Of a DNA stretch of 64,000 nt, positions 44,087-54,548 are shown piece by piece; positions within the stretch are counted from its first letter, which is position 1, and every line of letters begins with the position of its first letter. Below the pieces are notes generated by a model that saw only the letters and a program-made list of their open reading frames with translations, was not told where the DNA came from and did no database searches. The translations under genes were made by a program, and so were the position numbers. The stretch comes from a virus, in the IMG/VR virus record IMGVR_UViG_3300042898_004347, positions 64,001 to 128,000 of that record. One strand, written 5' to 3'.

Positions 44087-46612
44087 TTAAGTGAAGAATT
44101 CTTCAAGATTCGAGGTTTTCTCCATGGTCCATCCAATTGAATCAAAGATGATGGATAAAGGATCCAGGAAGGTTTTCTCAAACTGAAGCTCGTGATCAAT
44201 ATATCTATGCAGACCCAATTCTTTTGGAAGACCATCCACAAAAGAAATTACATTTTCTTGCATCGGGTTTGGAGTTTTAAGATAGATGAATTTGATCTTA
44301 TCACCGCTACGAATTAGTTGATGTTTCTTTTGCAGATTACACTTCACAACTTGATCATTGAAAAGCAAGCAGCCGCGAACATGGATCGGAGTTCCTTTCT
44401 TGTAAATTCCACCTTCTTTCTTGTTCGAATAACCTGAAACATCCGAGGCTCCACGCGGGAACGCAATCTCCTCAGGTGGCAATGAAATGAAGTTCTCACG
44501 GATTTTTACAATTTCACGTTGAGCTTCGACTTCGGATTTGGTCATAATAACCTCGAACATCTTCTTTAGGGCATCACGGCATACTGCTGGAGTTGAAGAT
44601 TTTACCGCTTCGATTCCCATGATCTTGATCTTGGGTTTAGCGTATTGAACACCTTCGTTATTGTGAACGTTAAGGATATAACGCTTCTTTGCTGTCCAAA
44701 TACCACGATCCGCAATTGCCTCACGCTTCATTCCCATACGATTTGTTGGACAGAACATTGTCTTCGACAACAGATCGTAGGATGCAGTTAGCATAGGCTC
44801 GACAGCCTTTGCACAAAATTCATCCAAGAACTTAACAGGATTCTTAGGACCAAAGTTTTGAACGATTGGATCCATTGAGACATATAATGAGTCAGTATCG
44901 ATAGCGATAACATAATCTTTGTCTTTCGATTTGAGGGTTTTATTTAAGAATTGATTCACTTCCTTTTCAGCCCAACGGATTGCCAATTGGCCTGATAGAG
45001 TTGTTGCCTCGGCAATTCGCATGTCGAAATACCGAAAGTACTGATTGCCCAGGGCGCCGTAGAGTGAGTTGAGAAGAATTTTAACTGCAATCTGCTGATT
45101 CTCGAGACGAGAGATTTCTCGTTCACATTTAAAATACTCAACCTTGTTACCTTTATCGATCGTCTCGAGACGCTTCTTTTCTTGAAGCATGGCTTTCTTT
45201 AGGATAACACGCTTGTCGTAGATCTCAGTGATGATTCGAGGGATTACGCCGATTTTATCTGTACGGAAATGAACACCATTTGCAGCCATAATGGTTCCGG
45301 GCATATGAGGTTCAAATGGTACATCATTCAGGATCACGTCAGGGGAAATACCCGGAGTCGTCTGAGACGTGATCGTCTCGGGTGACATGTTGTATTGAAT
45401 GATGAGATTCGGATACAGAGAATTTAAGTCGAATGAACATACCCAATTATGTAGACCCACTTTTGGTTCTTTCACATAACCGCCAGGATAATCGCCCTTA
45501 AAGTTTTCAACGGATGGTGGGATTGCAATTGCCTTACGGGCAAGATCTCGATATATGATTGAATCCCAGATTGCTGTGGTTCCAAGCGTATCATTGTAAT
45601 TCACGCCGCCAATGTAAGCAAGCGTGAGAACTAAAGTAATGAGACCTAGTTTGTCTTCGAGACGATCCACAATCTCAACGTCTTTGATGTTGTAGTCCAC
45701 GAAGGTTTGATAGTTCTCCTCGTAAAGGTTATGCAGGGAACCATATTCCTCATACGACAACTTTCCATCTCCAAGAACAACGTGTGCAATATGACCTAAC
45801 TTATAGGATTCTTGATTACCATACGTGTGAGTCGTAAACTTCTTGAATAGATCCATGTAGTCTAACTGAGAGATACCAGTAATCTCGTAGATCTTCATCG
45901 GACGACCTTTGATCATGGTTTCTTTGGGTTCTACTTTGCCAAAGGGAGAAAGAAGATTCACAGTCTCCTGACCACATATTGAAATGATTCGATTTACGAT
46001 ATACGGAATATCGAAGCCACGACTATTCCAGCCCGTGATAATGTCAGGATTGTTTTTTGGCATGGCGAACCATGTTACAAAATCCAGCATCATTGAACGC
46101 TCATCAACAAATTGACGATATTCAACCTGAGAATGAATTAGCTTTTTGTCAGCGTCATATGGTTTCGTGCCCCATACGTAATAGACATCATCGATGCTAT
46201 TTTTAACCGTGATGGTGATAATTTCGTGCAGCGCATCTTCGGGCTTTGGAAAGCCATCATTCGACATTACCTCGATGTCGAGGGTGGAAACATTAATGAC
46301 ACTACGATCAAAGTGGATTTCATCAGGAAAACGTTCTTGAATAAATTGCGCAACGTAACGAGTGTTTCCATAGATCTTAAAGGATTCAATGTTCTCGTAA
46401 GGAGCCATGAATTCTTTAGCATCCTTCATAGAATCAAACATCATGGGCTCAACCGGAGTGCCATCCAGCGCAGTCCAGATGGTTTTCTCATGCTTCGAAG
46501 GGAGATACATGGTGGGCTTAAACTTCACACGTTCGGTTACGCGCTTACCATTATCATAGCCCCGATAAAGGATGTGCGAACCCCATCTGCTCACATTGGT
46601 ATAGAATTTCAC
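44087..46612 (-). CDS. 43: Family B DNA polymerase gp43
   Basis: DIEV, DLNSLYP, KILLNSLYG, DTDS, KKRY, C-terminal LEEFF clamp motif. Confidence 0.97.
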   Translation of the reverse strand: MKFYTNVSRWGSHILYRGYDNGKRVTERVKFKPTMYLPSKHEKTIWTALDGTPVEPMMFDSMKDAKEFMAPYENIESFKIYGNTRYVAQFIQERFPDEIHFDRSVINVSTLDIEVMSNDGFPKPEDALHEIITITVKNSIDDVYYVWGTKPYDADKKLIHSQVEYRQFVDERSMMLDFVTWFAMPKNNPDIITGWNSRGFDIPYIVNRIISICGQETVNLLSPFGKVEPKETMIKGRPMKIYEITGISQLDYMDLFKKFTTHTYGNQESYKLGHIAHVVLGDGKLSYEEYGSLHNLYEENYQTFVDYNIKDVEIVDRLEDKLGLITLVLTLAYIGGVNYNDTLGTTAIWDSIIYRDLARKAIAIPPSVENFKGDYPGGYVKEPKVGLHNWVCSFDLNSLYPNLIIQYNMSPETITSQTTPGISPDVILNDVPFEPHMPGTIMAANGVHFRTDKIGVIPRIITEIYDKRVILKKAMLQEKKRLETIDKGNKVEYFKCEREISRLENQQIAVKILLNSLYGALGNQYFRYFDMRIAEATTLSGQLAIRWAEKEVNQFLNKTLKSKDKDYVIAIDTDSLYVSMDPIVQNFGPKNPVKFLDEFCAKAVEPMLTASYDLLSKTMFCPTNRMGMKREAIADRGIWTAKKRYILNVHNNEGVQYAKPKIKIMGIEAVKSSTPAVCRDALKKMFEVIMTKSEVEAQREIVKIRENFISLPPEEIAFPRGASDVSGYSNKKEGGIYKKGTPIHVRGCLLFNDQVVKCNLQKKHQLIRSGDKIKFIYLKTPNPMQENVISFVDGLPKELGLHRYIDHELQFEKTFLDPLSIIFDSIGWTMEKTSNLEEFFT

Positions 46613-46647
46613 ATTACCATCCTATCACATAATCGGGGTTTGTAAAT

Positions 46648-46681
46648 AAAAAAGAGTGGTAACGTGAAAGTCACCACTCTT
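46648..46681 (-). terminator. Terminator after hsp20
   Basis: AGAGTGGT/ACCACTCT stem plus U tract. Confidence 0.75.
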
Positions 46682-46702
46682 GTAAGACTAACTAAGAGTT
46701 AA

Positions 46703-47119
46703 TTAGTCCTGGATGAAAGTTGAGCCAATCTCAATCTTCTTTGGACGTTCTGATTCTGGAACGACCTTGGCGAGTGGAATCGAAAGGATTCCATTCTTAA
46801 GGTCTGCACCTTTTACTTGAACGTATTCCGACAACGTGAAAGTTCTCGTGAACTTACGGGTCGAAATGCCCTTATGGTTGTAGACTCGATCGTCTTCCAT
46901 CTCACCGCTAACAGTAAGGACAGAATCCTTTAGCTGAATATCGAGGTTCTCCTTAGAGAATCCTGCAACGGCGATTTCCACCAAGAAATTATCGTCATCA
47001 ATGAAAACGATATTATGCGGTGGGTATGTATCTTCTTTTAAGGAGACTCTGTTGAGCTCGTTGAAAAGATGGTCAAAGCCTACAAAGGCTGACCGTGGGA
47101 ACGTGTATGTATTTGTCAT
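46703..47119 (-). CDS. hsp20: Small heat-shock protein
   Basis: YPPHNI, AVAGF, NGIL. Confidence 0.94.
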   Translation of the reverse strand: MTNTYTFPRSAFVGFDHLFNELNRVSLKEDTYPPHNIVFIDDDNFLVEIAVAGFSKENLDIQLKDSVLTVSGEMEDDRVYNHKGISTRKFTRTFTLSEYVQVKGADLKNGILSIPLAKVVPESERPKKIEIGSTFIQD

Positions 47120-47207
47120 CTGATTTACCTCCAGTTATGCAAGGTTATGTAATCTCCAGCAACCCCCGAAGGGCATTACCGGTTGATGGCGTGATTGCCA
47201 TCAAGGT
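47120..47207 (-). promoter_or_regulatory. ROSE-like structured 5' UTR (candidate RNA thermometer)
   Basis: Three hairpins; the last, ACCTTGC..TGGAGGT, sequesters the SD. Confidence 0.55.
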
Positions 47208-47215
47208 TATTTATA

Positions 47216-47683
47216 TCACTTCGTATTACCGATTGAATATTTTGCTAACAATTCCCAATTTATCTTGTCTCGGTGTGGGATAATCTTGATCTGACGTAAC
47301 GGAGCTTTATCTTTGGCCTGATCGTTGTTCACAATTGAAACTAAACCCCAGTCCGAGAGAAGAGTAGTGATGGTGTTACGTCTCTGCAAATCGTTCGTAT
47401 TTAAATTTGAGGGCTTGCCGTCAAGAAGGAATAATTCCTTAAAATGAACAATAAAATAACGTCCCTGCTTATGAAGAATATGGCAAGACTGATAAAGCTT
47501 GTTTGTGGTCTTTCGCGAGGCGACTCCAATTCGGGTCAGCGTCTCGCGTACTTTTAAAAAATCATCCGGTTCGTTCAGCAAGACCTCAAGCATCATCGCA
47601 GGTGTCCATTCTACAGGAGTGACATCGATTGCGTCATTCTGTATGGCATCAGTGCTTTGATTGTTTAATTCTGGAGCGTCCAC
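47216..47683 (-). CDS. regA: Translational repressor RegA (start uncertain)
   Basis: DDFLKVRETLTRIG, QSCHILHKQGRYFIVHFKE. Confidence 0.95.
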   Translation of the reverse strand: MDAPELNNQSTDAIQNDAIDVTPVEWTPAMMLEVLLNEPDDFLKVRETLTRIGVASRKTTNKLYQSCHILHKQGRYFIVHFKELFLLDGKPSNLNTNDLQRRNTITTLLSDWGLVSIVNNDQAKDKAPLRQIKIIPHRDKINWELLAKYSIGNTK

Positions 47684-48047
47684 CTTGATAAATTTTAGTT
47701 CGTAGTACTTCTAGTTGTTCAGAAGACATGAGCGACGCAGCAGATCTAGCCTTTTCATTACTAAAGTCATAATATGCTTTGACAATCATTATCGCTTCTT
47801 GTTCCTGGGGTTTAGCCCATTTACTAAAGCGCTTCTTCTTACGTATGCTATTTATCAAAAAGTCGAACTGGAGTCGCTTATCCAGATGGTGATAACGGTT
47901 CATTTCGTTAGCGAACAAAACGGTATCAGAGAAATAAGACAGTCCACGATTCACCATAAATGGGACATACTGCTTTTCAGAAACATCATCCACCATGATG
48001 TCCTTCTTGGTATCATTGATGGAATTTAGGTAGTCGAAGAAGTTCAT
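47649..48047 (-). CDS. 62: Clamp loader small subunit gp62
   Basis: YVPFMVNR.LS...ANEMN. Confidence 0.92.
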   Translation of the reverse strand: MNFFDYLNSINDTKKDIMVDDVSEKQYVPFMVNRGLSYFSDTVLFANEMNRYHHLDKRLQFDFLINSIRKKKRFSKWAKPQEQEAIMIVKAYYDFSNEKARSAASLMSSEQLEVLRTKIYQGGRSRIKQSKH

Positions 48048-48994
48048 TTCCATTCAACCGATGCCATTAGCTCGGTCATGCATGCAACGAGATTCAGTTC
48101 GTGGTCAGCCACAAATGCATCCTTGTATTGGTAGTCAGCAAGAATTAGCACAATCTGAGGAACACTCTGAGGTTGAGCGTACTCAATCATGTTGTCATAG
48201 ATCTTGCGAAAGATTGCTGCAGGTTCTAGATCGAGGTTATTGACCACCCATCCACGCATGGTCTTAAAGTCTTTTGCTTTTAAGGCGGCAACTAAACTGG
48301 CAATATTTGCATCGCCAAGATTCGCAAGAATTCCAGTATCGATTTGACCAGATACGGAGTAACGCTGGCATTCGCCAATGACCCTGCGCCAGTCAGGCGC
48401 AAACTTAATAATAAGTTCAGCTAGAACCTTTGGCTCATGCTTGATACCTTCCTTGAGAAGGATACCTTCCATACGCTTCATAAAAGCACCAGCAAGACCC
48501 GCCAATTGCTTTTTAGACGTATTGAATTCGATTACAGAACATCTCGAATGAAGAGGTTCAATAATACGATTCTTGAAATTGCACGTCAAGATAAACCGGC
48601 AATTAGAAGAAAACTCTTCAATGAATCCACGCAGCGCAGGTTGCGTGGATTGTGGGTTGAGGTAGTCAGCCTCATCAAGGATGACTACTTTCGGCTTGTC
48701 CGAACCTTCGAGCGAGATGGAACTTGCAAATTGTCTAATTCGACCACGAAGGACATCAATGCCGGAATCTTCCGATCCGTTAATGACAATAGCATCGAGC
48801 CCGAGTTCATTGCAAAGAGCTTTTGCAACTGTAGTCTTACCGAGACCGGCCGTGCCACACAGTAGGAGGTTTTGCATTTCACCCGACGAGACGATACCCT
48901 GGAAAGTTTTGAGGAGGTGTTCCGGGAGGATACATTCGCTGAGCTTGGCTGGACGGTATTTTTCCGTCCAGAGGAATTCTTCTTGGTTTTGCAT
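48044..48994 (-). CDS. 44: Clamp loader large subunit gp44
   Basis: WTEKYRP, GLGKTT, DEAD, SRC. Confidence 0.95.
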   Translation of the reverse strand: MQNQEEFLWTEKYRPAKLSECILPEHLLKTFQGIVSSGEMQNLLLCGTAGLGKTTVAKALCNELGLDAIVINGSEDSGIDVLRGRIRQFASSISLEGSDKPKVVILDEADYLNPQSTQPALRGFIEEFSSNCRFILTCNFKNRIIEPLHSRCSVIEFNTSKKQLAGLAGAFMKRMEGILLKEGIKHEPKVLAELIIKFAPDWRRVIGECQRYSVSGQIDTGILANLGDANIASLVAALKAKDFKTMRGWVVNNLDLEPAAIFRKIYDNMIEYAQPQSVPQIVLILADYQYKDAFVADHELNLVACMTELMASVEWK

Positions 48995-49003
48995 GTCTTC
49001 ATT

Positions 49004-49261
49004 TTAAACTGAAGTTATGCTTTCGTACAACTCTTTAATCTCAGAGGTTTCGTTTTCGAACTGTACGACAGTCTGCTTATGGTATAATGCAGCAACCTTA
49101 CGGAAAGTCTTTGGAGCAACCTTGAACTTATCTTCAAGAGCCTTGAGCGTTTCATTAATCTGAACACGCTGGGTTTGAATCTCTGACATTGCCTCTGAAA
49201 TTTGATCAAGGGCAATGCGGATAGCTTTACGATCTTCTGGAGTTGAAGGAATGAGGCTCAT
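49004..49261 (-). CDS. dsbA: DsbA-like dsDNA-binding protein
   Basis: Helical 85 aa with K.FRK...YHKQ. Confidence 0.7.
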   Translation of the reverse strand: MSLIPSTPEDRKAIRIALDQISEAMSEIQTQRVQINETLKALEDKFKVAPKTFRKVAALYHKQTVVQFENETSEIKELYESITSV

Positions 49262-49325
49262 AATAAAAAATGGTGGGTTCTTTTACGACTGCCCCACCAA
49301 AAGTCTAGAACTGGAATCTAAAAGA

Positions 49326-49580
49326 TTAAGCTTTTGGCTCAATCATCTGAGCTGCTGGCTCTTCTTGCTTAGGCGTGCTTGCCTTCAAGAAGTCAGCAAA
49401 GCGAGTGCGCAATGCGCCAATCGCAGTTAATTCAGTACCTTCAAAAGCTCCACGGCGGGAGACGATATCAATAATCTGAACGACTGCGGCGAGATCGTTT
49501 AGCGCGAGTTGCGATGAACCTGCAGCTGGCATTCCAGGTTGTGGTGTTTGTTCTGTTGTCATAGGTATTACGTTGTCCAT
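49326..49580 (-). CDS. Conserved hypothetical protein
   Basis: IIDIVSRRGAF.G.EL motif. Confidence 0.7.
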   Translation of the reverse strand: MDNVIPMTTEQTPQPGMPAAGSSQLALNDLAAVVQIIDIVSRRGAFEGTELTAIGALRTRFADFLKASTPKQEEPAAQMIEPKA

Positions 49581-49595
49581 AGTTAGTTATATATA

Positions 49596-50267
49596 TCAAC
49601 CTGAAAAGGTTGAAGTTTTCTCAAGAGCAATCCAATATTCCACTGGAAGATTGGTGTTCTTAAAATGACTGATTAGTTTTGAGCTAATTGATACGGTATA
49701 ATCACCAGGCAACATTTTAAGATTGCCGATGACCATGACGAATGAGAATACCTCTTCACAGGAGTTACTCTCATTTAACGTGATGGTGTATTTATTCGCT
49801 GTTGGATTCTTTTGATCCAAAATTGTGATAGAAACTTTACCTTTTTTACCTTCAATGGCCAGGGTTGAATGGCCAAATACTGCAGAAGCCTTCTTGATCT
49901 TATTGATCACGTCTGCCGTGAGATTAAGCACAACATCAGCCTTGGGCATAGTGACTGCCTTGGTTGGCGCAGTCAGAACCGAAGGACTCGAATAGAAATA
50001 CTTAATGGAGCTTTCATTATTCTTAATGATCACAGAATCTTCTGTAAAATTCACCTCAGGATCTTCGATCAAAGAGATAGCGGCAAGGAACTCGTTGAGT
50101 TCATAGATGCCAAACTCCTTTTCAATTTGCTCAGCAATCTGCGCGGAAGCAAGAATGTTCTTGGCCTCAGAAATTGTGCTAATGGTATTGCCAGGTTTGA
50201 AGACCATGTTCGGATTAATGGCGGAAAAGTTCTTCAGTAAATTGATAGTGTCTTCAGATAGTTTCAT
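49596..50267 (-). CDS. 45: Sliding clamp gp45
   Basis: MKLSEDT..LKNFS.IN, FGIYEL.EFL, YWIALE. Confidence 0.95.
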   Translation of the reverse strand: MKLSEDTINLLKNFSAINPNMVFKPGNTISTISEAKNILASAQIAEQIEKEFGIYELNEFLAAISLIEDPEVNFTEDSVIIKNNESSIKYFYSSPSVLTAPTKAVTMPKADVVLNLTADVINKIKKASAVFGHSTLAIEGKKGKVSITILDQKNPTANKYTITLNESNSCEEVFSFVMVIGNLKMLPGDYTVSISSKLISHFKNTNLPVEYWIALEKTSTFSG

Positions 50268-50581
50268 AGGTCGGGATTGGCTTTACCCATATCATGTTCG
50301 CAGAGGAAAAAGAGGCATGCCGCAGCATGTCCAAGGTGATGTCTTCCAGTTTCAAGATCGAAACGCTCACCGCGTTTCCAGGCCCAAAGATGACGTTGGA
50401 GTGCATCAAAATACCGACGTTCGGCTTCTGGCACATGTCTCCAATTCTCACGGGCATATTTCTTTGCACCGACAGTCAGAACCGTCGCCAACTCTTCAAG
50501 AGTATGCGGAGGGATCAGTCCATATTCCGGTTTATCAGAATCAAACTTTCTACCTTCCGTTGGCGACGGTTCTGGTGTCAT
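50264..50581 (-). CDS. dATP/dGTP diphosphohydrolase-like domain (DUF5664)
   Basis: G.KFD..K, GAKKY..NW, RH...D.ETG..HL.HAA. Confidence 0.85.
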   Translation of the reverse strand: MTPEPSPTEGRKFDSDKPEYGLIPPHTLEELATVLTVGAKKYARENWRHVPEAERRYFDALQRHLWAWKRGERFDLETGRHHLGHAAACLFFLCEHDMGKANPDL

Positions 50582-50618
50582 GATGAAAACAGTTGGGAAA
50601 TACCCAACTTAGTTGTTC

Positions 50619-50894
50619 TTAGCGGCAACCAGCGCGGGTCAACGAACGGCCTTGATGTGGGCCGTCAGCAACTGGACGAGCGGTATCGAGGCGATACTTG
50701 AAGACCGTTTGACCTTGGCTATTGGTGCGTTTGTTCGTGTAGATACGAGCGCCTTCATTGCGGAGCTCGGCGATAACGGCAGATGGGTTCGCGATGCTGA
50801 GACGCTTAGAGACTTCAGCAGTTGTAACTTCCTTGCCCTTGGCGAGGAAATTAAAGAGGCGAGCTTTCTGACTTGTGGATTTTGTGCTATTCAT
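50619..50894 (-). CDS. Small HTH DNA-binding protein
   Basis: T..EV..RL.I.NP.A.I.ELR..G..IY.N. Confidence 0.75.
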   Translation of the reverse strand: MNSTKSTSQKARLFNFLAKGKEVTTAEVSKRLSIANPSAVIAELRNEGARIYTNKRTNSQGQTVFKYRLDTARPVADGPHQGRSLTRAGCR

Positions 50895-51020
50895 ATTATT
50901 CTTAACTTATTCAATAGTCCATTGAGTTGACTATGCTGATTGGACTAATCTCAGCATAGTAGAATCATACACCAGTCATGCATGTTGTAAATAACAAAAT
51001 GCATGCTGGCAGTTTATTTT

Positions 51021-52193
51021 TTAGAATGCGGTTTCTGCAGGTTCAGCAGGTGCAGCCACAGCAGGTTCAGCTGGAACTTCCTTTGGAATGATTGTAGGAT
51101 CAATCTTGGAGTAAAGATCCGAGAACGCAATCTTGGTGTCCTGATCAAAGCGAGCAATACACATGTCGATGGACTTCAGACGATCGCCGAAGATTGCAAA
51201 GGTGTGAGCGATATGGCAAAGACGACGAGTGGAAATGAGCTCATCCACGCCACCATCAGCAAACGTTTTGCGGATGACTTCAGCCCACGTGACGAGATAC
51301 TCAGCAAATTGCTCATCAACTTTCTTGAACTTTTCCATGTGCTTGAGCACAATCTTGCGTTCAGTAGCCAATGGAGGATATGACTGTTCGATCGTGCAGA
51401 CGAAACGCTCGAGGAAAGCCTCGTCGATTACCGTTGCAGAAACAAACCTGCCATCCTCAGAACCTTTGCCTTTGGTATTCGCAGTAGCAATCACATTGAA
51501 ACCAGTAGCAGGACGGATGACTTCACCCGTCTTTTTGATCATGATTGGTTTGCCTTCCAGCACACCTTGAAGACACATGATTTTGTTGGTGGAACGGTCA
51601 ATTTCGTCCACGAGAAGAATGGCACCACGCTCCATGGCTTTCACCACGGGACCTTTGGCAAACACCGTCTCGCCATTTACAAGGCGGAAGCCGCCGATCA
51701 AATCATCTTCATCCGTTTCTGGTGAAATCTGGACGCGGATGTACTCGCGCTCTGACTGAGCGCAGGCTTGTTCGACCATCATCGTCTTGCCATTACCCGA
51801 CAATCCGGAAATAAAAATTGGATAGAAAGCACGAGACTTAATAACCATTGCAATATCAGCATATTCGCCCCAGCGAATGTAGGTATCATCTGCATGTGGA
51901 ACGTACGTGTCCGTGTTCAGGATGGACGTTACGGGAGCAGAAAGTTTGAACGAGGTCAGAGCAGATTCATCTGCAACGTGAACCGGATCTTCCGGGCGCG
52001 TGACGCCCATCGGGAGAGAGTAGTCGTAAAGACCCTTTCGAATCTTGAAGCTATCTTTGAGAAGGTCCGAATACTCCTTGGGGGCAAACCCAAGTTGAGT
52101 ACCGATTTCGTCAATCGTCTTCCGGCGAAATTGAACTTTGTCTGGAAATTGAACCTTGAGAGATTCAATGATGGTTACTGATGCTGTTTTCAT
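51021..52193 (-). CDS. cobS: CobS/MoxR-like AAA+ ATPase
   Basis: GLSGNGKT, DEID, TANTKGKG, AFLERF, ISTRRL. Confidence 0.92.
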   Translation of the reverse strand: MKTASVTIIESLKVQFPDKVQFRRKTIDEIGTQLGFAPKEYSDLLKDSFKIRKGLYDYSLPMGVTRPEDPVHVADESALTSFKLSAPVTSILNTDTYVPHADDTYIRWGEYADIAMVIKSRAFYPIFISGLSGNGKTMMVEQACAQSEREYIRVQISPETDEDDLIGGFRLVNGETVFAKGPVVKAMERGAILLVDEIDRSTNKIMCLQGVLEGKPIMIKKTGEVIRPATGFNVIATANTKGKGSEDGRFVSATVIDEAFLERFVCTIEQSYPPLATERKIVLKHMEKFKKVDEQFAEYLVTWAEVIRKTFADGGVDELISTRRLCHIAHTFAIFGDRLKSIDMCIARFDQDTKIAFSDLYSKIDPTIIPKEVPAEPAVAAPAEPAETAF

Positions 52194-52268
52194 TATGGTA
52201 CAATCATACTAAATTCACCTAGAAAGTAAATCACTAAGAATTACCTAAGTGTTTGATAATCAATAGGG

Positions 52269-54548
52269 TCAAGCAATACTCTTGGCAAACTTAGAAACAA
52301 ACACGCGATTTACTTGTTTTGACTTGGAGAATTGAGAAAATGCGCGGGCCATTTTCGAACGGGTCATGTCAGAATCAATCACGAGCTCATCCTCATCCGT
52401 GTCAAGGTCAGAACCAGAAGCCACGATGAAGTACTCATCATAGTTCCAAGCGCCGCTGATGCAGATGGACTTCTCTTTAGAGTAGATAGAAGAATAATTC
52501 TTGCGCCACGTTTCATGGGCGACATTATACGCAACGCTTTTAGAGGTACTCGTCATTGCGGTAACGGCATGACGACCCGCACTGGATTTGCTGGAAGGAA
52601 TGAAGAATCCAATGACGTTGCTCTGCGTCGTAATCTTTAGATTTTTGACGAGTTCAGCAGTAAATTCATGGCTATTCATGCTGGAATTGATCGTACGACC
52701 ATTCAAATTAAGCTTAATCATCTCTTTGTAGGACGCATATTTTCCTGCAGCAGTATCGGCAAGATGACGCTCTTTGTTTGTGCGACACTGGATGCTTTGT
52801 CCCTCACCGTCCGTGAGGACGATCGTGGTCATTTTCTGTACCTTGTGCTGATCCTTGAAGGATTTCACGAGATGATGTGCAGCAATAAGAGTCTCATTTA
52901 AAGGCGTACTGCCTAGTTCCTCAACTCTGCCTTTTGCGCCGTGGCAACCAGCTTTGGCATAGACATTAGACTGAATGAAAAGGTCCTTAAGAGCCCGATT
53001 AAAATCGGACTTAGACATCGTGGAACTCACGAGTTGAAGAATGACGACCTCATCGGTAATAAGTTCATTGTCACGGCCATAACCACGCTCTCCGTGTGGA
53101 GTGGTAACATCTGGACGCGCAGCCGCATTTGCAGTGAAGCCATAGACTTCAAAAGGAATTCCACTAGATTTGCAGAAAAGACTAAGATTGATAATGTGCT
53201 TCAACACGTAGGGGAGAACGGTATTCATCGAGGAAGAATAATCCACAAACATCATCATTCCGTGATTCTTGGCATTGGCCAATTGGCTAACACTGAGGAA
53301 AATGTCATCAGAGTAGCGATAGTTATGCAACTTGTTGACATTTAAAATTCCGGTATCAGACACGGTGGATCGGCTATACTGATAGGCGGCTTTACGCATG
53401 TCAAATTCTTTTTGAAGGACAGACACAAATTTCTTTGTGGATCCCATAAATTCAGTAAAATCTTGATCCAATGAAGGATAGTTGATCTTTATGGTACGGT
53501 ATGCAATAGACACATCGCGCGACTTAAAAATTTCTTTGTAACCAATGCGCATTTTAGCATACTGATCCTTGGAAGGTTCAATCATGTAGCAGGTACGCTT
53601 TACGCCAACAGAAGTATCCAGAAGGCTTTTTGCATTTTGCTCAAAATTACGCTCCGTCTGAATTTCAGGTGCAGCTGAGGTAGGTTTATCGGTGGACTTT
53701 GCAGAAGTCGTGAGGTCGGATTCTTTCGAGTCCATCTTAGCCTCATTTTCCTTACGCGATTCACCGTCCTCGGAATTCTTTTTATTAGCATCGGACTTTC
53801 TGTCCGACTTCGAGTCGTCCTGCTCGGAGCTTTTATCCGCGCTATCATCTTCGGATTTCTTTGAAGACTTAGCCTCGGACTTTTGATCCGTAGGCTCATT
53901 AGTGACCTCAGTGTCACCAGTAGGATCCATCACAGAATTTTCACCTTCGCCTTCTTGAGATTCTGCAGGAATTTGAACTTGCCCATCTTCCTGCTTTTCC
54001 GCTTGAGCTTTAGCAAATTTCTCTAGGGCAACTGCAGCAGCCACAGTATCTTCCCACGTAACCACGCTCATCACTTGACTAAGAATTTCTTGCTCTTCTG
54101 AAGCGAATTGGATATTGGCCAACCGACCCAACTTAGCATGAAGATTGACGCGGTCGCCAATTCCAAGCTTCGAGGTGTCTTTACCCTTGGTGCCAAAGAA
54201 ATCTTCAGCATTGAGTACGCCATAACCACGACGGAAAGAACCCACGAGGCCAGGATATGTGGATTGAATCATACGCTCAATGCGGACGTCTTCCACAATG
54301 TTGAGATAGGACTTAGCGCATGGCAGCCTGCCATCTAGGCCATTTGAAGGGGTATAAAGAGCATGGCCAACTTCGTGACCAACAAGAAGATCGTACACGT
54401 CCTTGCCTTTATCTTTCCAGATTGGAAGTCCAAGGATACGTTCCTTGACGTCAAAAAAGGCGGTTGAGTAGTTGCCATGCTGCACCGAGATGTTCTCCTT
54501 TGACAGGAGTCGTGCCAGCATTGATTGGCTTTGCGATTCGTTCTTCAT
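52269..54548 (-). CDS. CobT-like protein (HExxH N-terminus plus vWA)
   Basis: HEVGHAL, NIVED.RIE, VDYSSSM MIDAS, LTDGE. Confidence 0.88.
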   Translation of the reverse strand: MKNESQSQSMLARLLSKENISVQHGNYSTAFFDVKERILGLPIWKDKGKDVYDLLVGHEVGHALYTPSNGLDGRLPCAKSYLNIVEDVRIERMIQSTYPGLVGSFRRGYGVLNAEDFFGTKGKDTSKLGIGDRVNLHAKLGRLANIQFASEEQEILSQVMSVVTWEDTVAAAVALEKFAKAQAEKQEDGQVQIPAESQEGEGENSVMDPTGDTEVTNEPTDQKSEAKSSKKSEDDSADKSSEQDDSKSDRKSDANKKNSEDGESRKENEAKMDSKESDLTTSAKSTDKPTSAAPEIQTERNFEQNAKSLLDTSVGVKRTCYMIEPSKDQYAKMRIGYKEIFKSRDVSIAYRTIKINYPSLDQDFTEFMGSTKKFVSVLQKEFDMRKAAYQYSRSTVSDTGILNVNKLHNYRYSDDIFLSVSQLANAKNHGMMMFVDYSSSMNTVLPYVLKHIINLSLFCKSSGIPFEVYGFTANAAARPDVTTPHGERGYGRDNELITDEVVILQLVSSTMSKSDFNRALKDLFIQSNVYAKAGCHGAKGRVEELGSTPLNETLIAAHHLVKSFKDQHKVQKMTTIVLTDGEGQSIQCRTNKERHLADTAAGKYASYKEMIKLNLNGRTINSSMNSHEFTAELVKNLKITTQSNVIGFFIPSSKSSAGRHAVTAMTSTSKSVAYNVAHETWRKNYSSIYSKEKSICISGAWNYDEYFIVASGSDLDTDEDELVIDSDMTRSKMARAFSQFSKSKQVNRVFVSKFAKSIA

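Noticed and set aside
51021-54548. Cobalamin biosynthesis auxiliary genes
   Set aside because: The CobS/CobT-like pair is common in T4-like phages as a MoxR-vWA module; no cobN or other cob genes are present.
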